Positions 11,294 through 23,043 are shown, numbered from the stretch's first letter. The stretch: DNA of 64,000 nt from Cyanobacteriota bacterium (GCA_046045965.1 JBJOKS010000024.1:35281-99280); one strand, 5' to 3'. Notes: generated by a model not told the origin, from the sequence alone. Program-made: numbers and translations.

Positions 11294-11893
11294 GAAGTCT
11301 GTCTCAGGTAGGGGATAGGTATTTAGGGAGGAACAGCTAACGCCATCTCCTATCTTAACAAAATTTAACTACATATTTACATAAAATAATGGTGCAGGGT
11401 GTAGACGAACAAGAAGAGGGCAAGAGGCTGCAAGGTATTTAACAGTAAGCTCCTGTCACTGCCTTCTCATTCCTGTACAGCCGTTTCGGTGCAACGTCTC
11501 TACTCCTGAATTCTTTCTTGATAAAACATCGCAACTCTAAAAACTCTTCAAGTATAAAGTTTAAATTTAAATGTTTAGCACAAATTAAGCTAGATTTTGA
11601 GCTATTTTTAGAGCATATTTATTAACACTATTGCCAACCAAAAAATCCAGAAAACTACCAAATTTGTGAACAAGTCGGGGATATTTTTGTTCATGAATGA
11701 TTTAGGCTTTCTGTGTACAGATAGTCTTTTCGCTGACGGCTGTTAGCTGATAGCTGTTAACTTTGTGTCCATTAACAATAATTAACATCAAAAACGAATA
11801 GAATACACCTGTATTGTGTCTAACCAGGTTGACATTTTGCCATCCTTTAAAGAATCATCTTAGGGAACCCGGATAGTCTATTGAGGGTAAACT

Positions 11894-14113
11894 ATGCACA
11901 CAGTTATTCTAGTCCTGGTTGAAGTGTTGATTGTGATGGGAATGTCACGGCTAGTAGGATTGGCATTTAAATCAATTAAGCAACCACTGGTCATTGGTGA
12001 GATTTTCGCTGGTATCATGTTGGGACCATCATTATTTGGTTTAATTGCTCCCCATGCAGCAGCTACCCTGTTTCCACCAGAAACTGTTCCTTTCCTGAAT
12101 GTTTTATCTCAGGTAGGACTAATATTTTTCATGTTTTTAATTGGGTTAGAGCTAAATCCGAAATATCTCAGCGGTAACTTACAAGCAGCAATTCTGACTT
12201 CTAATATCAGCATTATTGTTCCTTTTTCTCTGGCAACAATTTTATCTTTGCTGCTTTATCCTCTAGTTTCTAATGTCAATGTCTCTTTTACTGCATTCGC
12301 CTTATTTTTGGGTGCAGCAATGTCAATTACAGCCTTTCCTGTATTAGCGCGAATTATCACTGAAAATAATTTACAGGGAACACGTTTAGGGACATTAGCT
12401 TTAACTTGCGCCGCCGTTGATGATGTCACAGCATGGTGCATTTTAGCAGTAGCGATCGCTGTTGCTCGTCATGGTAGCATCGATCAAAAAGCTATCCTCA
12501 CCATTTTTGAAAGCCTCATCTACATTGGTTTTATGTTCACCGTCGGGCGTTGGTTTCTCAAACGCCTCATTACCCATTATCGCCGCACTGGACGGTTAAG
12601 CCAATTTGTTCTGGCCTTGATTTATATGGGAGTTATGGCTTCTGCTCTCATTACTGAATTTATCGGTATTCACCTAATTTTCGGCGCATTTTTATTAGGC
12701 GCAGTTATGCCCAAAAATGCAGAATTAGTCAGAGAAATAGCAGTCAAAACTGAAGATTTTGTCTTAATTTTCCTGTTACCTGTGTTTTTTGCCCACAGTG
12801 GTTTAAGGACACAAATTGGTTTACTCAACCGTCCTGAATTATGGCTATTGTGTGCATTAGTTTTAGGAGTAGCGATCGCAGGTAAGTATTTTGGTACTTA
12901 TGTCGCAGCCCGTCTCAGTGGCATTAACAAACGCGAAGCTTCCGCGCTCGGTTGGTTAATGAATACTCGTGGTTTAACAGAATTAATTGTTTTGAATATT
13001 GGTTTAGAGTTGGGTGTAATTTCACCTTTGCTATTTACGATGCTGGTAGTTATGGCCTTGGTGACAACATTTATGACCTCACCATTACTAGAATGGACAT
13101 ATCCGAAACGTTTAATCAAATTAGATACAGTAGAATCAAAACCTGAACAGGAAACAGAGACAGATACAGATACAGATACAGATACAGAGGTGATAGAAGG
13201 TATTGAATCTTTCGTTACCTCCTACCGCATTTTAGTCCCCGTAGCTAACCCCAGCACTCAAAAAGGTTTGCTACATCTAGCAGTAGCCATAGCTCTCAAC
13301 TATCGACAACCTGCTGTTATCAATCCTCTTAGCTTAATTGAATTAGAAGAAAACTACGGTTTTGAAAGTACCCCAACAGAAGCTAACCGATTAATAGCCG
13401 AGCGTCGTCAACAACTAGAAGAATTAATTGATACCTTAGAACCGCCAATTATTCGCTCTTATATCCATCCTATTGTCCGCATATCCAGCAATGTCGCTAG
13501 AGAAACAGCCCAAATTGCCCAAATTGAACAACCAGACTTAATTCTCGTGGGATGGCATCGTCCAGCTTTTAGTAATAATCGCTTAGGTGGCAGAGTTGGG
13601 CAAATTCTCACCACCGCACCAGTAGATGTGGCTGTATTTGTAGATAGAGGAGGCGATCGCCTAGAAAGTTTGCTAGTTCCTTACTCCGCAAATATTCATG
13701 ATGATTTAGCTCTGATCCTCGCCCTGCGACTACTCATCAACCGTGATACTTGTATGTTGCAGATTTTACAAGTTTTAACAGGAAATCACAACCAAGATGA
13801 ATTAAGTTATGAACTAGACAGGATGATTGATCAACTACCAATTAGTGTACGCGATCGCATAGAAATCAAAATTGTAGCCGCTCCAGAACCCATGCAAGCC
13901 GTAGTTGCAGCCTCAGAAAATGTTGACTTAACTATTGCTGGTACTAGTCGCGTTTGGGGTATTGAAAGACAAACTCTAGGACGATACACAGATGAACTAG
14001 CTATTCAATGTCGTTCTTCTCTACTCATCACCCGTCGTTACAGTCAAGTTACCTCTCATCTCAGTTCTCTGCTAACCGAAGTTCACCACCAAGAAATAAT
14101 TCATAATTCGTAA
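11894..14113 (+). CDS. Cation:proton antiporter (CPA2) with C-terminal USP-like domains
   Basis: QPLVIGEIFAGIMLGPS, SITAFPVLARI, AAVDDVTAW, LMNTRGLTELIVL; C-terminal RILVPVANP. Confidence 0.92.
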   Translation: MHTVILVLVEVLIVMGMSRLVGLAFKSIKQPLVIGEIFAGIMLGPSLFGLIAPHAAATLFPPETVPFLNVLSQVGLIFFMFLIGLELNPKYLSGNLQAAILTSNISIIVPFSLATILSLLLYPLVSNVNVSFTAFALFLGAAMSITAFPVLARIITENNLQGTRLGTLALTCAAVDDVTAWCILAVAIAVARHGSIDQKAILTIFESLIYIGFMFTVGRWFLKRLITHYRRTGRLSQFVLALIYMGVMASALITEFIGIHLIFGAFLLGAVMPKNAELVREIAVKTEDFVLIFLLPVFFAHSGLRTQIGLLNRPELWLLCALVLGVAIAGKYFGTYVAARLSGINKREASALGWLMNTRGLTELIVLNIGLELGVISPLLFTMLVVMALVTTFMTSPLLEWTYPKRLIKLDTVESKPEQETETDTDTDTDTEVIEGIESFVTSYRILVPVANPSTQKGLLHLAVAIALNYRQPAVINPLSLIELEENYGFESTPTEANRLIAERRQQLEELIDTLEPPIIRSYIHPIVRISSNVARETAQIAQIEQPDLILVGWHRPAFSNNRLGGRVGQILTTAPVDVAVFVDRGGDRLESLLVPYSANIHDDLALILALRLLINRDTCMLQILQVLTGNHNQDELSYELDRMIDQLPISVRDRIEIKIVAAPEPMQAVVAASENVDLTIAGTSRVWGIERQTLGRYTDELAIQCRSSLLITRRYSQVTSHLSSLLTEVHHQEIIHNS

Positions 14114-14136
14114 TTCCTAATTAGCAATCATCAATC

Positions 14137-14646
14137 ATGAACAACTTCAACTTCAAATCTTTAGCAATTTCTGGAGTTGCGATCGCATCAGTTCTCATTT
14201 TATTCAGAAATGTCACCGCTTATGGTGAAAATCATCTCCGTTCTACCAATCTCATTCATAACCGTTATCATCTCACCCTAACCCAAAAATTACCAAACTG
14301 TGAAAAAGCCAACACATTAATTTTCAATATTCAACAATCTGGTATTTATCTCAACGCCTCTTTATTCCCAGTAAACACCAATACAGATACAAAAAAACAG
14401 CTTACTCTCACAGGTATTTTACAAAATCAACAACTAGAATTATCGGGAAAAATTGACAGTTCAATCTTCTGTCAAACTCCCTCTGTCCAAAATAGTCAAC
14501 TTCAACCAATTACAATTCAAATGTCACAATTGAATCAAGAAAATATTCCCGGTCAAATAAAAATTAACACCATTCCCACAACTTTAAAATTTACCGCTTT
14601 ACCCCAAACAAACCAAAAAGCAACACCCCAATCACAAAGCCATTAA
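14137..14646 (+). CDS. Hypothetical exported protein
   Basis: 169-aa ORF with N-terminal hydrophobic segment, closely spaced with the antiporter and AMIN genes. Confidence 0.7.
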   Translation: MNNFNFKSLAISGVAIASVLILFRNVTAYGENHLRSTNLIHNRYHLTLTQKLPNCEKANTLIFNIQQSGIYLNASLFPVNTNTDTKKQLTLTGILQNQQLELSGKIDSSIFCQTPSVQNSQLQPITIQMSQLNQENIPGQIKINTIPTTLKFTALPQTNQKATPQSQSH

Positions 14647-14649
14647 AAC

Positions 14650-15399
14650 ATGAAAAATCAACTTATAACCAGGAAAATTTACCTTTCAAATCTTTTGAGA
14701 TTTAGCTTATTTGGCTTATGTTCCGCAATTTCTCTCAATACTTGCATTAGTCTTGCAGTTAGCAAATTAGCAACACTAAATAAATGGCAGCTTAACCCCA
14801 AATCGCAGCAACTAGAAATCACTCTATCCTCAAATACAAAACCTGAATATTTCTACCTTAATCAACCCCCGCGCTTAGTTGTAGATTTACCTAACACCCA
14901 ATTAGGCAAAGTTGACACTCAAAAAAGCTATTCTGGAACAATCCAGAAAATTCGCGTTTCCCAATTTAGCCCTCACATCACCCGCATCGTCATTGATTTA
15001 AAACCAGGAACCTTTGTCGATGTCAACCAGGTAAAACTTCAACCCAGTTCCCCAAAAAATCCCACGCGCTGGGTTTTACGCCCTATATTTTCCCATAATA
15101 GCACCTCTTCAACCAATCAGCCATCCCCAGACCCTTTGATGACTCTGCCACCACCAGCCACCAATTTACCCTCCAACCAACAACCTTTTGTAATTGCACC
15201 ACCCCTTAATTCTCAAAACCCTTCTCAACCATCCAACTTGATGATTATCCCAGATAATTCTCCCAATTCTTCAGAGAATCTCAATATCATTACAGTCCCT
15301 AATTCTTTACCCACTGTTCCTAATTCCCAGAATTCTACCAATCAAATTCTTAATATTCCTATAATTGAATTTGGTCAACCATTACCCATCACTAAATAA
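14650..15399 (+). CDS. AMIN domain-containing protein
   Basis: YFYLNQPPRLVVDLPNT...IQKIRVSQFSPHITRIVIDL; Pro/Asn-rich tail ending IIEFGQPLP. Confidence 0.85.
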   Translation: MKNQLITRKIYLSNLLRFSLFGLCSAISLNTCISLAVSKLATLNKWQLNPKSQQLEITLSSNTKPEYFYLNQPPRLVVDLPNTQLGKVDTQKSYSGTIQKIRVSQFSPHITRIVIDLKPGTFVDVNQVKLQPSSPKNPTRWVLRPIFSHNSTSSTNQPSPDPLMTLPPPATNLPSNQQPFVIAPPLNSQNPSQPSNLMIIPDNSPNSSENLNIITVPNSLPTVPNSQNSTNQILNIPIIEFGQPLPITK

Positions 15400-15466
15400 A
15401 AAGTCAACAGTCAACAGTCAAAATTGGAAATAGGGAATATTCATCTTTCTTCTACCTCCTGATTAC

Positions 15467-15493
15467 TGTACGGGCGAACGGCCGTTCGCCCCT
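15467..15493. repeat. REP-like palindrome GGGCGAACGGCCGTTCGCCC
   Basis: Perfect 20-bp palindrome between convergent genes. Confidence 0.75.
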
Positions 15494-15517
15494 CCTGACT
15501 CCTAAATTCTTACATTT

Positions 15518-16060
15518 TTAGAATCTTTCTGTCTCCTGATTTGGTGCAACTGCTCCCGGTTGAGACAAGAAGAAATTTTGAGCAGATTCATTCTGATATA
15601 TACACCTAATATCTGGATTTTCACTGTCTAAATTACCCGTAAAGCCAAAAGTATTCAGGCGATTTTTACATTCCCTCACCTGATCTGATGTGACAAGTTT
15701 TTTGTTTTCTAAAATTGCCCAGTTATTTTGACGGATCACACATCCAGGACGAATATTCGGCTGGGCAACATAGACATTAAACGGATTAAGAGTTACAAAC
15801 AATCTCGCATCCATCACCATCGCGCTGGCTCCATACTGCACGCAAATTTCAGGGTTTGGGGCTTTAGTATCAATAAACTCACGGGAAGCCACATTGGATG
15901 GGCTTAATGTGCTTGTAGAACTAAAAGCAATACCAATCCCAATTCCCAAAATCAACACCCCTCCCAAAATTGCAATAGTAGTGAAGTTAAATAAAGGGGA
16001 TTGGAAAACAGAGGGTTTAGGAGTAGTAGCAGCTGATCTACCAGTAGATTTACGTCTCAT
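15518..16060 (-). CDS. DUF3172 family conserved cyanobacterial protein
   Basis: NVASREFIDTKAPNPEICVQYGASAMV...TLNPFNVYVAQP...PGCV...CKNRLNTFGFTG. Confidence 0.85.
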   Translation of the reverse strand: MRRKSTGRSAATTPKPSVFQSPLFNFTTIAILGGVLILGIGIGIAFSSTSTLSPSNVASREFIDTKAPNPEICVQYGASAMVMDARLFVTLNPFNVYVAQPNIRPGCVIRQNNWAILENKKLVTSDQVRECKNRLNTFGFTGNLDSENPDIRCIYQNESAQNFFLSQPGAVAPNQETERF

Positions 16061-16270
16061 TTTTGCTTGTTCACCTTCATGCCAACTTGAGAGGGAGTAG
16101 TTTGTTTTCTCCCTACTTCAGTATGACGATTATTAAGGAAAATTGTCCCATATTTTCCATCTAATTCTTATAACTCTTGTGGAGTGGGCATCTTGTCCGC
16201 ATAAATAATGTAATACTAAGTGAATACTCTAAAAAACCGAAATAAACGCTTACTTTATAACTCTGACTAA

Positions 16271-16729
16271 ATGACCCAGCCTTCTAATATTCGTCAACTG
16301 TTAACTGATGCCAAGCTAGGACTACTACCATATCTAGACAACCGTATCAATGAGATAGCCAACTCCTGGCAGCAACTAGAAAATCTGTGCTTAGAGCCTT
16401 ATGATATTGAATTGGGAGAATGCAACACCATAGCCGCAAACGAACCCAGACCTCTAATTACTCAGTCAGTTTCCCTCAGATGCTATATCACAGGTAGCAC
16501 CAAAGATAAATTAGAACTCTTACTTTTAGCTTCTGAATTACAAAATTCCCTAGACGCAACCATATTTGAATGGAGTAACCGTGAGTGGTATCAATTCGAG
16601 AAACCATTGAGGCGGCCAGTAACACAAATTACAGGTGGTTTAGATTACGAACTGCGAGAAAATCCTGAACACTCTTGCCGTCTGGCTATTTATCGAGAAT
16701 TTGATTTAATCTACACTATCAGCTTTTGA
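16271..16729 (+). CDS. Hypothetical protein
   Basis: 152-aa ATG ORF filling the gap between DUF3172 and ndhN; no motif recognised. Confidence 0.65.
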   Translation: MTQPSNIRQLLTDAKLGLLPYLDNRINEIANSWQQLENLCLEPYDIELGECNTIAANEPRPLITQSVSLRCYITGSTKDKLELLLLASELQNSLDATIFEWSNREWYQFEKPLRRPVTQITGGLDYELRENPEHSCRLAIYREFDLIYTISF

Positions 16730-16792
16730 AGCCCCTACAATCAGAGTCAGCAGTCAGTCAGAAAAAACTGACAACTGACAACTGACTAGTGA

Positions 16793-17269
16793 CTAACTAG
16801 CTAACAGAGTTTTTTCTAGAGGAGTCCAGCGGAAATAGCGATCGCCACCTCGTTCAATTACCACCTTGACCCGTGGTTCTAACTTCGGCAAATTCGCTAA
16901 ATACTCCACTTCCTGATCAGAAAGAATATATCCCTCAATAATCCACAACAGTAGACCCTTAGACTTGGGTGGTAGCTGTTCCAGATGAGAACTGATCATA
17001 GGTGGTAAATAATACACCTCACCCACCGCAGCACCGCTACCAGTGCTTTTTTTACCCAGATGAGGAGGTCTTACACCATGAACTCTTGTCAGATAGGCAG
17101 CAACATCTCCTAGTCCTCTAGCTGTAATGTGAAGGTTGGTGTAGCCAGCAGCCCGTAATCGACGGCGATACCGACCTTCATAGCCTCCCTCCAAAGGAAC
17201 ATATACACCCAGAGCGCCAAATTTCTCCAAATCCCGGATTAAACCGTTGCCAGTGGTAATTAGTGCCAT
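16793..17269 (-). CDS. ndhN: NAD(P)H-quinone oxidoreductase subunit N
   Basis: MALITTG...VPLEGGYEGRYRRRLRAAGY...HGVRPPHLGK. Confidence 0.96.
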   Translation of the reverse strand: MALITTGNGLIRDLEKFGALGVYVPLEGGYEGRYRRRLRAAGYTNLHITARGLGDVAAYLTRVHGVRPPHLGKKSTGSGAAVGEVYYLPPMISSHLEQLPPKSKGLLLWIIEGYILSDQEVEYLANLPKLEPRVKVVIERGGDRYFRWTPLEKTLLAS

Positions 17270-17433
17270 AGATTTTCGTCTTATTCCACTTAGATATCTC
17301 TATTATTCACCTTTTGATGGTAGATTAAGTTGGATTAAGGCACAGAATTTTAGCAAAACTCGGCATTGAACGCAGGTAAGTTGCTAATTTTCCACGTTTT
17401 TATCCTCCCAGGAAAATCTGCCCATTAAACTAC

Positions 17434-17462
17434 TAGACAAAAACAAATTAATGATTTATATT
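17434..17462 (+). promoter_or_regulatory. Putative sigma70 promoter of the rplC operon
   Basis: TAGACA (17434-39), 17-nt spacer, TATATT (17457-62). Confidence 0.6.
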
Positions 17463-17468
17463 ATTAGA

Positions 17469-18204
17469 TTGTGACCAAACAGTAAAATTAGGTAGCTCTC
17501 TAAATTTAGCAATCTCAACCAGTCAGAGCATCAAAATTTGATGAATTGGAATTTTCAAAAGAATAATCTGGTAAAAATGCACAAGAGACTGCTAAACTAA
17601 AAAAGCTTTCAGGTCAAAATTAGAAGCTAATGGCTATTAACCCAAAGCCAAATTAAAGCTTCCTGCCACCGTTCACTCCCGCAGCCCCTAAAAAAAGGCA
17701 AAACCTCAAACATCAAGTTTAAGGTATTTATGAAGTAGAACCTGAAGAGTAAGTTTCAGGAAACGGATACTGAGTGGTAATGTCCACTTAAGTCCTACTA
17801 CAACCGGAGAGTGCCAGAGCAATCGCTTGGACGAAAGCATTGCTGCACAAAGAGCAAAGCAATAACGTCTTGATTGATTTCCGAAGTAACGCCTTTTGAT
17901 CACAAAGGTAATTATTACTGTTTAGCGCATTTGGCTAGAGCTGGAAAAGTTGTCGAGAGAGAACCGTTGTCATGCTCCCGTTAAAGCAAGAAGTAAAGTC
18001 TAGACTTGTCTAGGTTTTATATAGCAGTGAAAAAATAAACGGATTAACCAAAAAGTAGGGAAACAGTTTGTTGCGTCATTAAGAATTTGCACTGTCTAAC
18101 GCCAGTCCAAATTTGGGAGGAAATTCCCGCCCAAAACGACGCAGACAAAGCTTGTCCCCAGTCCGATTCCAAGGTCAGCAACTAGATAAGGAGAACCAGT
18201 TACT
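17469..18204 (+). ncRNA. Putative long structured 5' leader of the ribosomal protein operon
   Basis: No credible ORF; multiple complementary segments (see findings). Confidence 0.5.
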
Positions 18205-18843
18205 GTGTCTGTAGGTATTCTCGGCACCAAGCTGGGCATGACCCAAATCTTTGACGATGCAGGAAGAGCTATTCCTGTCACCGTCATTCAAGCCGGGCCA
18301 TGCACTGTTACACAAGTTAAAACAAAACCGACCGACGGTTACTCTGCCATCCAAGTTGGTTATGGCGAAGTTAAACCCAAGGCGTTAAATAGACCACTGC
18401 TAGGACACTTAGCAAAATCATCCGCCCCAGCATTGCGGCACTTGAACGAATATCGCACCGATGCTTCAGGTGATTATGCTTTAGGTCAAGAAATTAAGGC
18501 AGATATTTTTAGTGCAGGTCAAATTGTCGATGTAATCGGTACAAGTATCGGTCGTGGTTTTGCAGGCAACCAGAAGCGTAACAACTTCGGTCGCGGTCCC
18601 ATGTCTCATGGTTCCAAAAACCACAGAGCGCCCGGTTCCATCGGTGCTGGTACAACCCCTGGTCGTGTTTATCCCGGAAAACGGATGGCAGGACGCTTGG
18701 GAGGTACTCGTGTCACAATTCGCAAACTAACCATAGTGCGAGTAGATGCAGAACGCAACCTCATATTAGTTAAGGGTGCTATTCCTGGTAAACCAGGTGC
18801 ATTAGTGAATGTTGTACCCACAAATAAAGTTGGTAGTAAATAG
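18205..18843 (+). CDS. rplC: 50S ribosomal protein L3
   Basis: [16 protein letters not shown] start after AGGAG. Confidence 0.99.
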   Translation: MSVGILGTKLGMTQIFDDAGRAIPVTVIQAGPCTVTQVKTKPTDGYSAIQVGYGEVKPKALNRPLLGHLAKSSAPALRHLNEYRTDASGDYALGQEIKADIFSAGQIVDVIGTSIGRGFAGNQKRNNFGRGPMSHGSKNHRAPGSIGAGTTPGRVYPGKRMAGRLGGTRVTIRKLTIVRVDAERNLILVKGAIPGKPGALVNVVPTNKVGSK

Positions 18844-18902
18844 TTTTAGTTGTTTAGCTGTCAGCGTCAACTGACAACTGACCACTGACAAAGGACACAA
18901 AA

Positions 18903-19535
18903 ATGGTTGAGAGTGTAGTTAAGAATTGGCAAGGAGACCAAGTTGGCCAGACCAGCTTTGAGTTGCGAGTTGCCAGAGAAGAAACAGCGGCGCATATAGT
19001 ACACCGCGCCCTTGTCAGACAAATGACCAATTCTCGCCAAGGTACAGCCAGCACCAAAACCCGTTCTGAAGTACGTGGTGGTGGTCGCAAACCTTGGAGA
19101 CAAAAAGGCACAGGACGCGCTCGTGCAGGTTCTATTCGTTCACCCCTATGGCGTGGTGGTGGTGTAATCTTTGGACCAAAACCCAGAGACTTCAACATCA
19201 AGCTCAACCGTAAAGAGCGACGTTTAGCACTGCGGACAGCCTTCGTCAGTCGCGTAGAAGATTTAATAGTTGTAGAAGAATTTAGCAACGAACTACAACG
19301 CCCCAAAACCAAGGAAATGGTAGCAGCATTAGCCCGTTGGGGAGCAGCACCAGAACAAAAATCCTTGTTAATTTTGGCTGAAATGGCAGAAAACGTAATT
19401 TTGTCAGGCCGCAATATCGAGAATTTAAAAGTAATTGCAGCTGATCAATTAAATGTTTACGATTTACTGCACGCTGACAAAATCGTTGTCACACCATCAG
19501 CGTTAGAAAAAATTCAGGAGGTCTACAGTGCCTAA
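18903..19535 (+). CDS. rplD: 50S ribosomal protein L4
   Basis: [30 protein letters not shown]. Confidence 0.99.
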   Translation: MVESVVKNWQGDQVGQTSFELRVAREETAAHIVHRALVRQMTNSRQGTASTKTRSEVRGGGRKPWRQKGTGRARAGSIRSPLWRGGGVIFGPKPRDFNIKLNRKERRLALRTAFVSRVEDLIVVEEFSNELQRPKTKEMVAALARWGAAPEQKSLLILAEMAENVILSGRNIENLKVIAADQLNVYDLLHADKIVVTPSALEKIQEVYSA

Positions 19536-19842
19536 CTTTGACCCCCGTAACCTAGCCGACTTAGTGCGTCGTCCAATTCTCACCGAAAAGGCGACAATCA
19601 TGATGGAGCAAAACAAATACACATTTGAAGTAACTCCCAAATCGACAAAGCCAGAAATTAGAGCAGCAATTGAAGACTTGTTTCAAGTCAAAGTTGTCAA
19701 AGTCAATACCTCCTTACCACCACGCAAAAAGCGCCGAGTTGGTAAGTTTATCGGCTTTAAGCCCCAATACAAGCGAGCTGTTGTCACCATCGCCACTGGG
19801 GATGCAGAAAAAATCAGACAAGTTCTCTTCCCAGATGTTTAA
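19528..19842 (+). CDS. rplW: 50S ribosomal protein L23
   Basis: RPILTEKA...[21 protein letters not shown]. Confidence 0.98.
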   Translation: MPNFDPRNLADLVRRPILTEKATIMMEQNKYTFEVTPKSTKPEIRAAIEDLFQVKVVKVNTSLPPRKKRRVGKFIGFKPQYKRAVVTIATGDAEKIRQVLFPDV

Positions 19843-19974
19843 GAATTTTAGATTTTAGAATTGATGAATTTATATTGGGCTGGTAAAAACTCGCCAAGAA
19901 ACAATTAAAAATCACCAATCGAAATCAATAAAATTCTCAATTTTCCATCGAAAATCCGAAATTCAAAATTACTT

Positions 19975-20838
19975 ATGGGTACTCGTTCTTATCGCCCTTA
20001 TACCCCCAGTACTCGCCAAGTTACAATCTCCGACTTTGCGGAAATCACAAAAACTGAGCCAGAAAAATCACTGACTGAATCAGTACATCGTCCCAAAGGT
20101 CGGAATAATCAAGGGCGGATAACCAGCCGTCGTCGGGGAGGCGGACACAAGCAACTTTACCGGATTATCGACTTTAAGAGAGATAAACGGGATATTGCCG
20201 CTACAGTTACAGCAATTGAATACGATCCTAACCGGAATGCGCGAATCGCCCTGGTTGTATATGAAGATGGCGAAAAACGCTATATTTTACATCCCAATGG
20301 CTTGAAAGTAGGCGCAACAATTATTGCTGGCGTTGAAGCTCCTTTTGAAGATGGTAACGCCTTACCTCTGTCTAAGATTCCTTTGGGTACTAATGTTCAC
20401 AACGTGGAAATGACTCCAGGTAAAGGCGGTCAAATTGTCCGTGCAGCCGGAGCAACAGCCCAAGTTGTGGCTAAAGAAGGTAATTATGTAACTCTTAAGT
20501 TACCTTCTGGTGAAGTTCGCATGATTCGCCGTGAATGTTACGCCACCATTGGACAAGTAGGCAACACTGACGCAAGAAACCTAAGTGCTGGTAAAGCCGG
20601 ACGGAATCGCTGGAAGGGTCGTCGTCCCAAGGTCAGAGGTAGCGTCATGAACCCCGTTGATCACCCACATGGTGGTGGTGAAGGTAGAGCGCCCATCGGT
20701 AGATCGGGACCTGTGACACCTTGGGGTAAACCAACTTTGGGTGCTAAAACCCGCAAGCGCAAAAAAGCAAGCACTAAATTAATTGTCCGTCGCCGTCGTA
20801 AATCTTCTAAACGCGGTCGCGGTGGTCGTCAGTCTTAG
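19975..20838 (+). CDS. rplB: 50S ribosomal protein L2
   Basis: [26 protein letters not shown]. Confidence 0.99.
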   Translation: MGTRSYRPYTPSTRQVTISDFAEITKTEPEKSLTESVHRPKGRNNQGRITSRRRGGGHKQLYRIIDFKRDKRDIAATVTAIEYDPNRNARIALVVYEDGEKRYILHPNGLKVGATIIAGVEAPFEDGNALPLSKIPLGTNVHNVEMTPGKGGQIVRAAGATAQVVAKEGNYVTLKLPSGEVRMIRRECYATIGQVGNTDARNLSAGKAGRNRWKGRRPKVRGSVMNPVDHPHGGGEGRAPIGRSGPVTPWGKPTLGAKTRKRKKASTKLIVRRRRKSSKRGRGGRQS

Positions 20839-20980
20839 AATTTTAGATTTTAAATTTTGGATTTTAGATTCGGTCTCCTTGTAGGCATCCAAAATTCGAG
20901 AAGTCTGAGCAAGAAACCTAATTATCCAAAATCCGAAATTCTCAATCCAAAATCAAAAATCCAAAATCCAAAATTAAACT

Positions 20981-21259
20981 ATGGGTCGTTCTCTAAAAAA
21001 AGGTCCTTTCGTTGCTGATCACTTACTCAGTAAGATCGAAAAACTGAACGCTAAAAACGAAAAGCAAGTTATCAAAACTTGGTCAAGAGCCTCGACAATT
21101 TTACCCATGATGGTAGGCCATACCATAGCTGTTCACAATGGAAAACAGCACGTTCCAGTTTTTGTGAACGAGCAGATGGTAGGACATAAATTGGGAGAAT
21201 TTGCCCCAACCAGAACCTACAGAGGTCATGGGAAAAGTGACAAAAAATCGGGGAGATAG
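20981..21259 (+). CDS. rpsS: 30S ribosomal protein S19
   Basis: [11 protein letters not shown]...[11 protein letters not shown]. Confidence 0.99.
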   Translation: MGRSLKKGPFVADHLLSKIEKLNAKNEKQVIKTWSRASTILPMMVGHTIAVHNGKQHVPVFVNEQMVGHKLGEFAPTRTYRGHGKSDKKSGR

Positions 21260-21332
21260 TCATTAGTCATTAGTCATTAGTCATGAGCTAAGAACAAATG
21301 ACCAATGACAAATGACCAAAACGGAGAAAATT

Positions 21333-21695
21333 ATGGCAACTGATACTACAGAAGTTAAAGCGATCGCTCGTTATATCCGCATTTCTCCCTACAAAGTGCG
21401 TCGTGTACTTGACCAAATCCGGGGACGGTCATATCGGGAAGCACTCATAATCCTGGAATTCATGCCTTACCGAGCTTGTGAACCAGTATTAAAGGTGTTA
21501 AGAAGTGCCGCCGCTAATGCTGAACATAACGCCGGCTTAGAAAGGGCGGAACTAATCATTACTCAAGCTTATGCTGACCAAGGTCCAGTTCTAAAACGGT
21601 TCCAACCCAGAGCGCAGGGACGAGCTTACCAAATTCGCAAGCCGACGTGTCATATAACTGTCGCTGTCGGTGCTGGTGCTACTGCTGCTAAATAA
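21333..21695 (+). CDS. rplV: 50S ribosomal protein L22
   Basis: [15 protein letters not shown]...[12 protein letters not shown]; start moved to the ATG after GGAG. Confidence 0.98.
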   Translation: MATDTTEVKAIARYIRISPYKVRRVLDQIRGRSYREALIILEFMPYRACEPVLKVLRSAAANAEHNAGLERAELIITQAYADQGPVLKRFQPRAQGRAYQIRKPTCHITVAVGAGATAAK

Positions 21696-21750
21696 GCAAA
21701 ATACAGACACAACTAATTGCGTACAGTAAGAAATTTTAGAGGAAGCATTT

Positions 21751-22506
21751 GTGGGACAGAAAATTCATCCAGTCGGTTTCCGTCTGGGTATTACACAAGA
21801 ACATCAATCCCGTTGGTTTGCGGTTCCTGATCGTTATCCAGAACTGCTACAGGAAGATCACAAACTCCGTAAATACATAGAACAAAAACTGGGTAAATCC
21901 GCTCAAAACAATGCCGGTATTTCCGAAATCCGGATTGAGCGCAAAGCTGACCAAATCGACCTAGAAGTAAGGACAGCCAGACCAGGTGTTGTAGTAGGTC
22001 GGGGTGGACAAGGTATAGAATCGCTGCGTACCGGACTCCAAGAAATGCTGGGCAGCAACCGCCAAATTCGCATTAACGTAGTTGAAGTTCAACGAGTTGA
22101 TGCTGATGCCTACTTGATTGCGGAATACATTGCTCAACAACTAGAACGCCGTGTTTCCTTCCGTCGTGTAGTTCGCCAAGCTATTCAACGCGCCCAAAGA
22201 GCAGGAGTTCAAGGGATTAAGGTTCAAGTCGGTGGTCGGCTCAACGGTGCGGAAATTGCCCGGACAGAGTGGACACGTGAAGGCAGAGTACCTTTACATA
22301 CCTTACGGGCTGATATTGACTATTCTTGCTGCACAGCGCAAACAGTTTACGGCATTTTGGGCATCAAGGTTTGGGTATTTAAGGGAGAAATTATTCCTGG
22401 ACAGGAAGAAACTCCAGCCCAACCAACAACAAGGGATCGCGAACCCCGTCGCCGTCAACAACAACGCCGCCGCCAGCAATTTGAAGATCGCTCAAATGAA
22501 GCGTAA
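21751..22506 (+). CDS. rpsC: 30S ribosomal protein S3
   Basis: [27 protein letters not shown]. Confidence 0.99.
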   Translation: MGQKIHPVGFRLGITQEHQSRWFAVPDRYPELLQEDHKLRKYIEQKLGKSAQNNAGISEIRIERKADQIDLEVRTARPGVVVGRGGQGIESLRTGLQEMLGSNRQIRINVVEVQRVDADAYLIAEYIAQQLERRVSFRRVVRQAIQRAQRAGVQGIKVQVGGRLNGAEIARTEWTREGRVPLHTLRADIDYSCCTAQTVYGILGIKVWVFKGEIIPGQEETPAQPTTRDREPRRRQQQRRRQQFEDRSNEA

Positions 22507-22614
22507 TAGGTGACAGGTGACAGGTGACAGGTGACAGGAAAAAGCCAATTACCGATTACCAATCACCGATTACCAATTACCAATCACCGATTACCAATTA
22601 CCAATTAGCAAACC

Positions 22615-23040
22615 ATGTTAAGCCCTAGAAGAACGAAATTCCGCAAACAGCAACGCGGACGCATGGAAGGTCTGGCAACCCGTGGCAGCACCCTCAATTT
22701 TGGCGATTTTGCCCTACAGGCACAAGAACCAGCGTGGATTACCTCCCGGCAAATAGAAGCTTCCCGACGAGCCATGACTCGTTATATTCGCCGGGGTGGT
22801 AAAATCTGGATTCGGATATTCCCTGATAAACCTGTCACCATGCGTCCCGCAGAAACCCGGATGGGTTCTGGTAAAGGTAATCCAGAATTTTGGGTAGCTG
22901 TCGTCAAACCAGGACGGATTTTATTTGAAATCGCTGGTGTTTCCGAAGAAATAGCCCGTGAAGCTATGCGATTGGCTGCTTATAAGTTGCCCATTAAAAC
23001 CAAGTTTATTGTGCGCTCTCAACCACAGGAGCAGGAGTAG
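22615..23040 (+). CDS. rplP: 50S ribosomal protein L16
   Basis: [24 protein letters not shown]. Confidence 0.99.
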   Translation: MLSPRRTKFRKQQRGRMEGLATRGSTLNFGDFALQAQEPAWITSRQIEASRRAMTRYIRRGGKIWIRIFPDKPVTMRPAETRMGSGKGNPEFWVAVVKPGRILFEIAGVSEEIAREAMRLAAYKLPIKTKFIVRSQPQEQE

Positions 23041-23043
23041 GTC

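Noticed and set aside
17706..17903. 65-aa minus-strand ORF in the rplC leader
   Set aside because: No recognisable motif or SD; the region is better explained as structured RNA
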